61,141 bases of DNA. It comes from Aplysia californica. Lineage: Eukaryota. Numbering within the stretch: the first letter of the stretch is position 1; each line of letters starts with the position of its first letter. Both the position numbers and the translations under genes were made by a program. The notes beneath the pieces were generated by a model. That model worked only from the letters and a program-made list of their open reading frames with translations, was not told where the DNA came from and searched no databases. Of the stretch, positions 36,476 to 49,534 are shown piece by piece. The DNA is taken from the NCBI RefSeq assembly GCF_000002075.1, contig NW_004798009.1:279279-340419 (forward strand), in the 5' to 3' direction.

Positions 36476-37929
36476 TCAGGGTTGTCAGTTTGGAGCGAAA
36501 TCCCAAAAATTTGGCTCTTTTGGATGGTGTCTGGCCCGGAGAATTTCATTTGACTCTTTGGCTCTTTTTTGGCTCCAAACTCCAAATGTTCAAGAAAAAG
36601 GGGAAAGAAGAGGCAAGAAAAAAAGAAAGAATAAAATAATAAAAGAAAAAAAGTGAAAGTGTTGAAAAGAGTTTGGATTGTTGAATTATTAGCCTAGATC
36701 TAGTAAACACGATTTAACGCCCTCGTCTATTTGGTCTGAATAATTTACAACCCTTCTACTGTCGTGCAAGTTGTCTTGTGCTTGTGTCTTGTTATGTTTG
36801 TACTCGCTCTCTGTTCCCTGAGCCATAATTTATTGTGTGCAGGAAAAGAGTGAGAGGCCTGCCATCGTTAAGTGTGTGTATAACGAATGGTCCGGCTGGT
36901 GGCTGGTCCCACATCCCATTCAGTAGCGTCGGTAGTGAGCCTTTTTTTTTTTTACTGGAGAGGCGAAAAATGTTTTTACATTAATTATTTCGTTCCCAAC
37001 CGCATGCGGTAAGCCACTAAGGGCCTAGGTGATTTTATTGGCCTGCGAGAGGTCAGGGGGGAGTCCTCGCCTCATGCCCACACCTGGGTGGGAGCTATTC
37101 TAATTCTCATCAAAGGAGGGGAGGGGGGAGGAGTGAGACGTGGGTTATTCTCACCCGGGGTGAGAATAAAGGTGGCCTTTGAAAAAAAAATGCTGTGCCA
37201 TTTTCACTTTTCAGTTTTAGTGATGTTTATTTCCGAACCGGCTCGTATAATTCTAAAGAACCAAGGAACAAATTAGATACACCATGTGACATAATATAAT
37301 ATGCATTACTGTTTGGCTCAAAGATAGTTAAGGGACCTTCAGGAATTCTGACCTTTTGTACCAAAAACAATAATGGCAACTTATTTGATGCAGGAAGGTA
37401 CCATTTTATTAATAAAATATAGTCGAAATAATTTATCAAACCCAAAATAAACTTATAGAATTTCAATCTTGACTCCAATTCTTTAACTGTAATCTATGTT
37501 CTTGGCTTTTTGTCTCTCTTTGAGTTTTTAACGAATTATCGTAATATATAAAGCTGAGTTTTCATTCTGCAAAAAAACAAACAACAAAAAGAAATTGAAA
37601 TTGCTACCCACTGCTCACTGCGAAAAGTCTTCCAAATTCCAATTTGATGTAGTTTGATACATTTGAGAGATGGCCAGTGCACATTACAGTATATATAATG
37701 AATAGGTCGAACACAGAAGACTCGAAATCACGCATCCGCCGAGCTGTGCCCATGGTTTCCTTTTTAAAATCTTCTTTATCTTTGCAAGATATCCCCCGGT
37801 ACAGATCCCTTGAACTACCTAGACTGGTCCAGATGAATTCGAGCTCTCCGTATACAGTATATCAAATTGGTCTGTACTTTGGTTCATCAAATGAGACCTA
37901 AAAGTCTGCTAGAGGGCCTGTCTGTCATA

Positions 37930-38005
37930 TTCCGGCCGCTTACAAACAAAAGAACTGGTTCCTCATTGCATAGTAACGGAAGTATCTTTCTGATTGGTTG
38001 TTTCA
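37930..38005 (+). promoter_or_regulatory. Candidate TMEM263 promoter cluster
   Basis: X-box-like attgcatagtaac, ETS core cggaagt and inverted CCAAT (ctgattgg) within about 40 bp, 1.1 kb upstream of the first coding exon; motif match only. Confidence 0.35.
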
Positions 38006-38231
38006 TCAAATGGTGACATGGAAAATCAAAGATGTTTTACCTTGGAAGATTTGATAAAATTATTAATTATGCCAAAATGGTAGCTTTTTCCCCTCCATGA
38101 AGGAAAACCGGGCCATCCTCAAATTTGTCAAACGGCATCAAATGGAGATTTGATAAAACTTTGTGGAACGTGCACTAGGCAGACCTAATAGTACATCATT
38201 GCTGACAGGCCTTATAGTGTCTATGTCCAGA

Positions 38232-38585
38232 TGTGGCATCAGTAGTTTAATGGTTAGGTTACGAGACTGTGAGATTGCCGGTTTGGAGGGTTTGAGCCTT
38301 ATGCTTTACGTTGCATCCTTATGAGAGGCGCTTCACACACATTTTCTAAATTTTCTTCACTTTACCCAGGTGGGAATGAGTACCTGGCCCTAGAAAGCGA
38401 TTTAAGATTTTGTCAGCATGTTTGTGTTTTAGCACAAATGGCAGTTTGCACTGTATGCTTCCCGGGAAGTTGAGATTGTTTCAGAATGCTTTCAGATCTG
38501 CTGGAGTAATACTATGGATTGTAAAGCGCATTGGGAGCTTGCTATTTGAGCTGGAATTTGCACTACTCAAATGCAATCTATTATA
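38232..38585 (+). mobile_element. tRNA-derived SINE family C copy
   Basis: Colinear with 4115-4460; head shared with 51665-51870. Confidence 0.7.
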
Positions 38586-39116
38586 GTAATACAAAATCCA
38601 CTACTATACTACTATTCAGAAAATATGTGACCTTAAGCCTTCCTTTTATGCTACCCCCTACCCCGTTCTGTGTCCCCAAACACACACACATCGTGCTAAC
38701 CTCTTTCAAATTTCAGTCAATTTGAATATTTTCCTCTAATAAAGATAAGAAGGCATCATAATATCGAAGACGGGAACTCTTTTTTCCCCTAAATTAGTTA
38801 TAGCTGAGAAGTTGGTACTCTTTGCAGGAAGAGAATCAGTTTTTGAAGAAACGATTAGCATAAATCATAGTTCGTACTAGAAATTGTTTATGAATGTATG
38901 GGCCAATTTATTAATCAGAGCCTATACTCCATCACAGCAAAGTTCTTGTCGTGTAAAAAATATTATAAAGATGAAGTTGAAATGTTTTATTGTATTTTTT
39001 TTCCTTTATGAACAGTTCAAACCAAGGAAAGCGTCAAGAGAGAGGCAACCGATTGAATTACAGTTCTCAATTTCTGCTTACCACTTACTTATTCTTAGAT
39101 CAACCCAGTGTCACAA

Positions 39117-39177
39117 ATGGCTTCTGATACGGCTCAGTCATTTTCCTCGTCGGATAAAAAGAATGATGAATCAAAAG
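39117..39177 (+). CDS. TMEM263: TMEM263-like, first coding exon (MASDTAQSFSSSDKKNDESK)
   Basis: cttAG acceptor at 39097-39098, acaaATGG start, AAG|GTaagt donor in phase 1 joining 40031. Confidence 0.75.
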
Positions 39178-40030
39178 GTAAGTTTAGTTGTATATATATG
39201 CTTCAGTAGAAGTAGAAGGTAATATTTTGTTATTGAATCCCTTGTGGAAATGACAAAAACTAATTTCTCTAACAGTTTAAAAAAGGAATAGTCTGTAAGG
39301 TCCAAGTATTTCTCTGTTCTACATTATTTGGCAACACCCTCAAATCTTGGAGTGTTTTTTATAGTTAAGGAACTATTTGTCTGTCAAAGATGAGTGTGAC
39401 TGTACCTTTTTCTGTACTGTATAATTTTTATTTTTTTCTACTTCATGGATTGTAGGCCTAATTCATTCAGTTTTGTTATTTCTCATTTGAAAATTCAAAG
39501 GACTTTTTTTCACCATGCTTTGAAATTTTTCAAAATCTATGTCGAGGAAAAAATGATTCTTTATTATTATATGTCAATTTACGAATTAAGTACATATTTG
39601 TCTGGATAAGTTTATATATTCTGATATATATACGTGTTTCAATTAATGCAAAATCCAAGACAGTAGAAGATTTGTGATTCCTTTATACAGTGTTAGATGA
39701 TAAAAATATTATGTTATTTGATCTTCTATTGGAAGAAGTTGACAGTTACCTTCTTTGCACATTTTCATGAGAAATTTCTTTGATATAATTGTTTTACTAT
39801 TTAGTATTTTTAAAATTTGGGTGCAAACATGAATCACATTAAACAAGTGAGTAGTTTGAGGGTGTCGCTGGTAGGTCCTTCTTCTTTTCTTTCCTTTTCT
39901 TATTTTTTTTTGTGTCTGTCTATATTTTGCGTTTTCTTTGTATTAAGCTAATGATTTTTAGTGTGTCAGTGTGCTTCCCTTTTAGTCAAAACCAATAAAT
40001 AAATTTGTTCAATCGTTTTGTCATCTTCAG

Positions 40031-40272
40031 AAGTACCTCCCCCATCAGGTGGGTATTTGTGGCGGTTTTCCGCGGGTGTCATCGGCACGGCAACGGGAGC
40101 GGTGACTGGAGCTGTGGGCTATGGTGTAGATGGGGTCAAGTGGGTGGCCGGTAAAACAGTTGACGTGGGAACAGCTGTCGTGCACAAAACTGCAGATGCA
40201 AGTTCGGCTGTGGCCAGTAAGCTTCCTCTACCCTCAGTGCCCTTTGTGTCGCGGAAAGACAAAAAGGAATAA
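40031..40272 (+). CDS. TMEM263: TMEM263-like (C12orf23/UPF0444 family), terminal coding exon
   Basis: GGYLWRFSAGVIGTATGAVTGAVGYGVDGVKWVAGKTVDVGTAVV...RKDKKE*; G/A/V/T-rich pattern, GVxWxxGK motif and C-terminal KxKxx resemble vertebrate TMEM263 (recognised from memory); cttcAG acceptor. Confidence 0.85.
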
Positions 40273-43098
40273 CCCTGGGCTTTTTTTCACGCTTCACCGA
40301 GAGAATGAAATGAAAGATCATGGAAAAGTGAAATGAATGGAAGCTCGTACATTTTTCGTCTTATAAAAACTTTTGTTTGGGGTTTGTTTGTGTTTGATGT
40401 TGACATAAGTTTTAATTTTCTGCAGGTAATTTCTGTGTGTGATGCTTCATGGCTGATATTGTCTTGTTATTGAATTGAACAATTAATTGAGTACCTGGCA
40501 TCATATATTGCAGTAACAGACTTTCTACTATACTGCTGTTGATTTCAAATAGTTTGTTGTACATATTTGAATGTCACTAGTGCATGCGAAAGTGATCTAC
40601 TAGTCATGAGTTTTTAACCATCTTAATCTTGTTTTTTTCTTCTGTTCATGTCTTTGTTGTGTGTCGAGGATAAATAGTCGTGGCGTTGACATTACAAGCC
40701 ATCTGCACTGTGCTCACAGCCGAACTCGGTGATGGTTTAGTCATGGTCACAGGGGATGATATTAGCCTTGCTAAGTTTTAGATGAATGCTAATGCTTTTA
40801 CACCCCAGGATTTATCTAAGCTGCTACTGGGTGTGGGAGTAATGCTAATATTATTCTTTATCAATTTGAGCAAAGTTACTTTTTTTCAAAATTTAAGATT
40901 TAAGTATAAAACTCTAAATGGTTTCCTATTTTAATTATGAAATTTTGCTTTAATTTTTTAACTTTGTCCTGCCGTTAATCTTAAGGAACATTTTTTTTCT
41001 GGTCTTCAAAGAGTTCACATCATGCAGAATTTGATATTTGCTCAAGGACTTGCTTTTCATTTTTTCACAATGGTTTTTTCTAAAGCACTTAATTAAACTT
41101 CTGTTTGATTGTTCTATGGGGAACATTATTCCGCTTTCCTGGAAATATTGTTTAATATTGTTGAATAATTTTTAAGATTGATAGGGAGAGGAGATTTTAG
41201 ATGTTGGAAACACTTTGGGTCAGCAGAGAGTCAGTGAGAGATAAGCTTCCTTGATATTATTACTTGAGCTTTATTCGTGAGTCGTGTTTCACTAGTTTTG
41301 AAATTTTGGCCTTGTAGCAGTTTGACTTTTTTAAGTGACATATTTTTTTGTGCCATTTATATTTTGAAATGAGAAAAATCATATTTAGATAAACTTCACA
41401 TTGAGCTTTACTTTATGTGTTTTTCTTATAGTTTGTATTTTAATTTTTGTATGATTGCAAAGCGCACAGACCAATTTGTCAATGAGGAAAATGTGCTAGA
41501 TATGATCAATCTATTATCGTTATTATTACTTGTGATTTTTTAGGCAAATAGTTCAGAATGAATGTTCCGTAAGTGCAGTCAGCCGCAATATATTTTGTCC
41601 TTCATTTTGTCGTAGGAAAAAGTGGAAAGTGTTTTTTGTAGCCTATGCCCTGGTCCAGGGTGAAAAAGGCAATGATGATGATGATTTTGTCTTAAAAGAC
41701 AGTGTTGTAGTGTCGCAAAATCTGTCTTTTTGTTTTCATGTGCAGAGTTTCCTGTTTGCAAATAATTTTTCTTCTGGTTTAATTATTATGTTTTGATTAT
41801 GTCAATAAGAATGCTTATTTCATACAACTGAACCGTCACAAACTTTTGCACATCTGACAGTTCAAGGGCTATGTGGTTTTTATATTATGTTTACACTTTT
41901 GAGATATGCTCACGTAATGCACATGCTCGCACACACACACATACACGCGCACACTTAGACTCTATTGTTAGGTATATATAGTGCAAATGAAAAGTATTTT
42001 TTGTGGATGTTGGAACTTTCATTATCTACTTATTTTCTTGTGCTTAAGAATGGATGGCACAGGGCTCTGTAGCTGCAATATCCTTTTGGGAAAAGAATAT
42101 TAAAGGTATAGCTGCTTCTACTGAGGGAGTGGTTGATGGGTGCTTGCAGTTCCCTGCAGTCTCCGTATGGTTTCTGTTGTAATTTTTTTTCCCAGTCTTT
42201 TTTGTCATTTTACAGGCTTGTTTGTTTGTATCTGCAATTTCTCTGTACACGTATCATTGAGCAGCTCTTGCTAAAATTAAGGCCAAATGTATAATTTTAT
42301 TTTTATTGTTTTACTGGAAAAATGTTTAAGATTTTTTGACACACTCCAACTTAGAATTACTATGTGACAATTGGGTGATTGGAAATTAGTGTTTTAGTGT
42401 GGTTATTTATGAAAAGACCTAATGGAATTTTAGACTTGGAAGAAGAAAATAAGATGCAAAAAAAATTCTTTTAATAGTGTTGTGTTTTTGTACATGAGAA
42501 AAACAGTTGGGGAGAATTCGGAAATGATCACGTGTAGACAAAAGCCAGTTATTCATTCTTTTCCTGATAATTGTATGTTTGAGGAGGGGGGGGGGGGGGG
42601 GGGTTGGGTTTGCCATGGGTACATATAATTGTAAAGGGTGTAGAGCATGGATATGTGCTATATAAATTCAAATGTATTATTATGTAACACCCTTCTCAAC
42701 ATCATTCAGGGCCTGGGATTTATTGTCCATGTTCTATGTATGTGACTGAACGAGATAAAGCAGGATCACTCGCCAACATGTAGTTGTTGTTATCGATTCA
42801 GAGACACTTTCTGTTCGACTGCCTTTAGTCTATCTTGTCATTGTATGTTCTTCTAGTCTCCAGAGACTTGTTTTTATTGGCATCTTTTAAACTTGCAGCG
42901 TACTTTTGCTGCCAGTTCCGACTCTTTATATATGGGTCTTGTTCATGGAGTGTTATCAACTGGGATGAAATTTGTCTTGACTGATTAATAGTGGCGTTAA
43001 ACCTATGTCCTATACCATTTTTCTTTTTTGTCTTGTCTGATTAATAAGGGGGTTAAACCTATACCATTTCTCATTTTTGTCTTGTTTGATTAATAGGG

Positions 43099-43272
43099 TG
43101 GTTGGCGGGTGCTCTGGTGTGGTTTGCTTCTTCTTTCCTATCAAACATCTATCGTCCTTATCTCCCCTTCTTCTTTTTTATGTTTGTTACTCTCTTGTAA
43201 CACCTCTAATCTTCTGGCGCTCATATGACCTTACGCAGTTGCGAGCGCCATAAAACCTCTATTAAAACCAAC
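43099..43272 (+). mobile_element. Short retroposon family A1 with 12-bp TSD, inserted in an about 50-bp tandem repeat (42970-43330)
   Basis: TSD tgattaataggg at 43087-43098 and 43273-43284. Confidence 0.85.
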
Positions 43273-46200
43273 TGATTAATAGGGGCGTTAAGCCTGAACC
43301 TTTTCTCATTTTTGTCTTGTCTGATCTCTTTGTAGCCAGTTCAGTGTATATTGTTCTTAAGTTAATTTGAATAGCCTCCATTTCTCTTTTTTGCCAGAGT
43401 TAACTGTTTGTTTGATATTTGATACACTTTTTTGCTATCTTGCCTCACACTTAGACGTAAAAGTCCGTTGATACTTTGAGTTTTCTAAAATGCCTTACCT
43501 ATCAGTCCTCCTGCGGGTTCTGATGTCTGCAAACATATCTCTGAGATTCTTACTGCCTATTTGTTGATGACAAAAGTATTGCGCAAGTTATGATTCAAAA
43601 TTTGAATATTTCTCTTACTGGTGTCATTTTCATTGTTGGATCAAAATGTGTATTTTTAGCAAGAAATGTATTTTGTTGTGAAGGTTCAAATCACTTTGCA
43701 ATTTGGATGAAAAGTATACAGCATATCGGCGTCTATGGTGCAATGGTTAGGCTGGTCGCCATTACGCGCAAAAAGTATGACTTCAGTTTTCGTTTTGGGA
43801 AGTTTATATTATCGAGTACCTTGGCCTTTTTATGGTCAGATTTCAAAGAAACAAATGTGAAGAAGAGCAATATACATTCAGTAGGGTTGTGCACATTGAA
43901 TGACTCTGATCTTTTTTGTATTTCTCTGATCACTACTGCAATTTTTTCGGTTGATTTCTTTTACCATCTTTTAAACGCAAGTTAAATAATTTAATTGCCC
44001 CTACATTTTTATAATTTAATGAAGAACCTAAACTAGCTTGTCATAATTTGCTTCTCATGCACATTAACAAATGGTCGCTTTTAAGGACAAGCGGGCTAAC
44101 CAAAATTTCTGGGGTTTCCAGAAATCTTGACCAATACCTGTAGGAGAAGTTTGGTTCCATTGGTCGGAATATTTGTTTGGTTACAGAAAAAACTCTCTTT
44201 GTCTTTAAAAAGAAACTGAACAAGGGGCAAAAACTTTACCTTCGATTTTCTCAAAACAGCATTTTTCGTGATAGCCCCCTTGTGCTTAAAAGTGACCAAA
44301 TGTGAGTTGTTTCACCTGGAGTCCTACTTTTTATAATAGTAAGGGCAAGTTGGGTGTAGAGAAAGATAATGGACCTTTTATGTATTTTTTGGAGTCTAAT
44401 ATGATCATTTATGTGCCTCAACATTGAAAGTTTGTCATTCAATCTATAAATTTCCAATGCTGGAAAGCCAATATCAGCTGACAATTTCTTTTGATGTCAT
44501 GAGCATCCATTGTGCCTTGTGAGCTCTGCAGTGAGCTTTGTCTTGTATATATGCATTTGGGAGACATGACAGCTGTTGATAAATGTGTAAGGACGTTTAT
44601 AAAGTACTTGAGCACTGGTGTCTGTCTGTCATGTAACGTTTAGGCTTTTAGCCATTGCCCTCGGATTCAGAAGGCATGATCATGAGTTTTGTTCCTGCAA
44701 GGGGAAGCTATTTTATCAAGCATCTCTGTGTGCTGGCATGCTGTATCTCACTCAGCTCTGGTTGGCCATAACAGGCTGGCTCGGCTAACCCATCTCCTAA
44801 ATTGGGTTGATGTGGCCATAAAACGTTAACTATCTATCAAGTACATGAGGAAGACTAATTTTGTTTTTTGTTTTCTCTAAATGCCCCCAGCCCACATGTG
44901 TGATATGCTTTTGTGTCTACAAAAACCTTTAATCTGAGCAGTGGATAAGTTGCTTTTTTATTTTAAAGTTAATGTTAAAACCTATCCCCTACTGTTATGG
45001 TGTTACTTATTAACATATTGCATACGAGGTATTGAGTGAAATTGTGTTGTAATTCACTCTGAACTTTGTGTCTTTGTTAACCCAAAATGTGCCTACTTTT
45101 ACACGAACTAAATGGTTTCTTTTTCCCCCCATATCTGATTTTTATTTGTTTCTGGCATCTTGGGAATGCATCAGTGTGGTGGAGGAGGCCGCTTATTTTC
45201 CCTGAGAATGTAAGATTTTACAAAAGTGGGCTGCGAGAAATGCGGGTGGTTGGAGGGCGCTACTGATAGGTCCTACATGATTTCTTTCCTCTTTCATCTT
45301 TCTGTCTATCTATCTTGCTTTCTCCTTGCACTAAATGGCCATTATTGTGTCGATGTGGTTCATGTTCACTCAAACAAATATCGCTCTCCTTTTCACCGGA
45401 ATGATGGTAACGTGTTGATGTACCTCTTTTTACACCCAAAACGAGGCAGTCACTGTGGATGTGACTTGTTTACTATTACTTAACCGACATGCCTGCCTCA
45501 GAGCTGAACACTCTCTCAAACTGAAGGATTCATGATGATATTCATACTCTTTTTTTTTTTCATGTTTCACGACTTGTCAGTATTTGGTCTCAAATGTTTT
45601 TTACTCTACCATATGTATATTACTATTGTTGTTGTTATATATAAATACATATATATATATATAAATATACACATAAACACGTATACATACATACTTACAT
45701 GTCTCAAATTTGGTTAAATTCACCTGAAAGTACAACCCCACCTTGCGAGGGGAAGATGATTAAAATATGCTCAGCAAATACTCCCTACTCAATAGAAGTT
45801 AATCAGCACACCAGCGTTTTTGGTGAAGTGGTTATTAAGCTCTTCCTCGCTGCACACAGAGGATGTGAATTCAGTTCCCATGGAGAAGTACATATTACTG
45901 AGTATCTCTGTCAGTGAATATGTGGTGCCTGTCTTGTTCCGTAATGCTCACTCGAATCCTTACTCTTTCAGTATTGAGGAGAAGAAATGAAGGGCTGTTT
46001 GTTACAAAACTCGTTATTTACAAAACGTGAGAACAAAAATGTCGATGGAAAACTATGGTCGAAATTGTCTGAGATGGCCACCTATTTTTGAGGAGAAAAG
46101 TGGCTGTTTTACAGTTACAGTGTTATCATAATGTAAAAAAAATACAAGGAAGTGGCTTTTTGTACAGGTGATCGTCTTATACAGGTGGTCATCAGAACAA

Positions 46201-47134
46201 GTTCGACTGTTATTACCGTTGAAATTGTCCAAGAAAGCCCTGCATTGTCGAAGAGAAAAATGGTTGTCTTAGACAGGGGGATGTCTAAGACAGTGTCATT
46301 ATAATTCTAAATACAAAAACGTAAGAGGTAAAGTGGAGGAGATTTGACTTGGACAGGTGGCTTTTAGAGCAGGTTTGGCAGTATTTTATTCACAATTTCT
46401 TTGCGGTACTACACATTTTTTTACCCCTAATAATTTTAAGCAGTAAAGATTAAACGCCTCACTGGTGGATAAGGAGGAAAAAGTGGAAGTCGTTATATGA
46501 GAAGTGTGCTGACAAAATGAATTATTTTACACAATCCATGACATGAATGGAGGTATTGGTTGAAAATCGACACTGGGGTCAAATGTGTACATTTTCAATT
46601 GATGCCATTTTTTTCAAGTTCAACTTGGTCTTTTAGCCTTTTGTTCTTATACATGCAAACTGTACAAACTTCCATCTATAAGTATGACATATCTATTTCC
46701 TAAGGAATGAGACCCGAGAAGTAACTCATTTTGTCAGCAGATCTCACATATTAATTGAGATGGCTTGTTTTGTCGCACACAACCCTTCAGACGTTCTCAG
46801 GTGCAGGTACCGTATGCAGAGATATATGTACACATGTCTGTTGTTGTATTTTTGCAATGATATTGCCTTTTTTCAGTCTTGACCTTGTGTTCCCTCAATC
46901 ATTGTGCAATCTATAAGACAGGGTTGTTGTTTTTTGGTCTGTTAAAATTATAAATTGTGTGCTTACTTATCAATCTTTTAGTGGCTGATTTGAACTCAGA
47001 GCTTTATTGTGAAGTAAGATTAGATAAGATGATATATTTTATTGGTCCTCTTTGGAAAAAAAAATTGACAGTGTGCCTTCACCAGCTTGTGTAACATAAA
47101 ACCTATAAATATATGTCATCATATCATCCTTGAG

Positions 47135-47147
47135 TCTCTCTCTCTCA

Positions 47148-47199
<52 letters not shown>

Positions 47200-47240
47200 G
47201 TCTCTCTTTTTCTCTCTCCCCCGCCTTCTCTCTCTCTCCC
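47135..47240. repeat. (CT)n microsatellite
   Basis: Direct. Confidence 0.9.
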
Positions 47241-48884
47241 CTTACTTATGAGCATCTGCATTTTCTTTCTGTACCCACCTATTCACCTATTTCAAAATGT
47301 TTATGAGCCCAAAGTCAGTAAACTACTTACTCTCTTCCTCTATTTTCGGTTGTCTCAATTTTTTTCTTCTGTCTCGCATAAACTTTTTTTTTTTTTACAT
47401 ATATTTTTCCTTCACTGAATTGACTAACGGGTACTTTGTTGTCCATGATTACATTTTCTTGCGATACATGCGCATCACTGTATCAAAGTCAGAAGACAAT
47501 GCTTTTAATAATATTTTCTGCTTTTATTCAGAAGATGGGTAAGCTGTGTTTAAGTGTTTGCTAATTTTACTTACTGCTTTTTATTTTTTTTTCTTTCATT
47601 GTAATTTGCTTTTTAAAGCTTTACCGGTATCTGTTGGGTAATAGCTTGGCTCTGTGCCTTACACAGGAAAGAGGTATGTCTGATTCTTGTGTGGTTAACT
47701 CTTACAAGTCGTAAGCCTGTTCCTAGCTTTGCCACAGCAAGTTCAATAATGCGTCAGCGTTAGCATTTTCAGCATAACAAAGATAGCTTTCAAGCTGTGA
47801 GCGTGTATTATACCTACCCAATTTTAAAAAAGAATGAAGATTTGATATATGAAGTTGCAGTTGCAGCACAGGCAAGCATTTAAATATTCTGGTGAATGGG
47901 GAAAACCAGACAAAACTTTAATGCAGTATCTAGCCAGTTAACGTGCTGACTTCTAAGAATTCTGTTTAATTTTTCAATTGTTTCCTTTTGTCTGTCACTA
48001 TTGAAATGATCTATCCCACTCCGTCGGGGTTGGTGTTGACAGGCACCGTCAACGCAGCTGGCCTCCTGAAAGATCTGATTGTTTCATGGGGGCGTAAGAC
48101 TTGAAATACAACGCAACGAGTCGTAACTCTTTCTCGACTGTTCACTTCTGAGCCCCGCAATACTTACAAGAGTTATAACTACTCTGCAGACATGTGCGAT
48201 AATACATGTTATGAAAAGAGTAATTCAAACCCCTTCTCTTTTTACATTTTAAAATATCTACTTCATTGGTAGGGTAAGGGGTGGGGTAGGGGGGGGTGTC
48301 TTTTAGGCAGTAGAGACCGAAGCGAGATAACAGGTTGATTTTTNNNNNNNNNNNNNNNNNNNNNNNNNNNNNNNNNNNNNNNNNNNNNNNNNNNNNNNNN
48401 NNNNNNNNNNNNNNNNNNNNNNNNNNNNNNNNNNNNNNNNNNNNNNNNNNNNNNNNNNNNNNNNNNNNNNNNNNNNNNNNNNNNNNNNNNNNNNNNNNNN
48501 NNNNNNNNTACATATTGTGTAATGCTCAAATTTGTTTGCATGTATATTACTGCTTCTTTGTGCTGTTCCTTTTTCCTTGGTGAAATGAGATTAGAATAAA
48601 AACCGAGATATAAAAAATACTGTCGACATTCTGTGTGAAAAAAACACCCTTTCCATTCATACGTTCTGCAAATATCACAATAATGCTACAGCGTTTCTAG
48701 TGCAGCAGATAAAATAAGTGGGTGGTTAGTGTTAGGTCCAACGTCTTTACTCTCCCTCTCTTGTTTCTGCCTGTCTAATTGTTTCTTTGACACTAAATGG
48801 CTGTTTTTGTGTATGTTTAATTCCAATCTGACTAAAAGACAATGTTATTACGTGCGCTGTGAAAATGACCGTGTTGTTCATGTA

Positions 48885-49130
48885 CGTGTGATATGTCTTG
48901 TTATCGTTTCAAAACTGTACCGAAAGATTAGTAGAAATTTACCCCGAGCGTGTTATGTATGTGCCATTTTTTCCAAATTGTACTGAAAGATAAGTACCCA
49001 CAGAGTGTTACCCGTATTTTGTGTCATTGTTTCAAAACTGTACCTTAAAATTAGTACTCAGAGAGTGTTTTTGTTTCTGTTTCATCGTTTCAAAACTGTA
49101 CCAAGAAATAAGTCCTTAGAGAGTGTTATA
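48885..49130. repeat. About 58-62-bp tandem repeat, 4 units (gtttcaaaactgtacc...agagtgtt)
   Basis: Direct. Confidence 0.8.
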
Positions 49131-49534
49131 TTGAAATCCGTGTATGTTTTTGGTGAGGTAACCCATTGTGCATGATGTGATTTTTTGTCCGTCCTGACCA
49201 TATGAATGAGTTTACCCTCCTCTCAAATGCAAATCTTATCAATAAAGTTATATCACAAACTATGATCCTTTCTGTTTCTGTATTTCCCTACTTTAGTATG
49301 TTGTGTTCTGGTGCGTAGTTGGAGGGCTCCACTACAGTTATAGTTATTGGAGTGCGTGAAGAGCCGTGATTGTCTGTTCCAAACNNNNNNNNNNNNNNNN
49401 NNNNNNNNNNNNNNNNNNNNNNNNNNNNNNNNNNNNNNNNNNNNNNNNNNNNNNNNNNNNNNNNNNNNNNNNNNNNNNNNNNNNNNNNNNNNNNNNNNNN
49501 NNNNNNNNNNNNNNNNNNNNNNNNGGTGTTACAA

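Noticed and set aside
40700-40860. Telomerase RNA or SECIS interpretation of the UTR structure
   Set aside because: No CTAACCCT template nearby, no SECIS core recognised, and no in-frame TGA in TMEM263.
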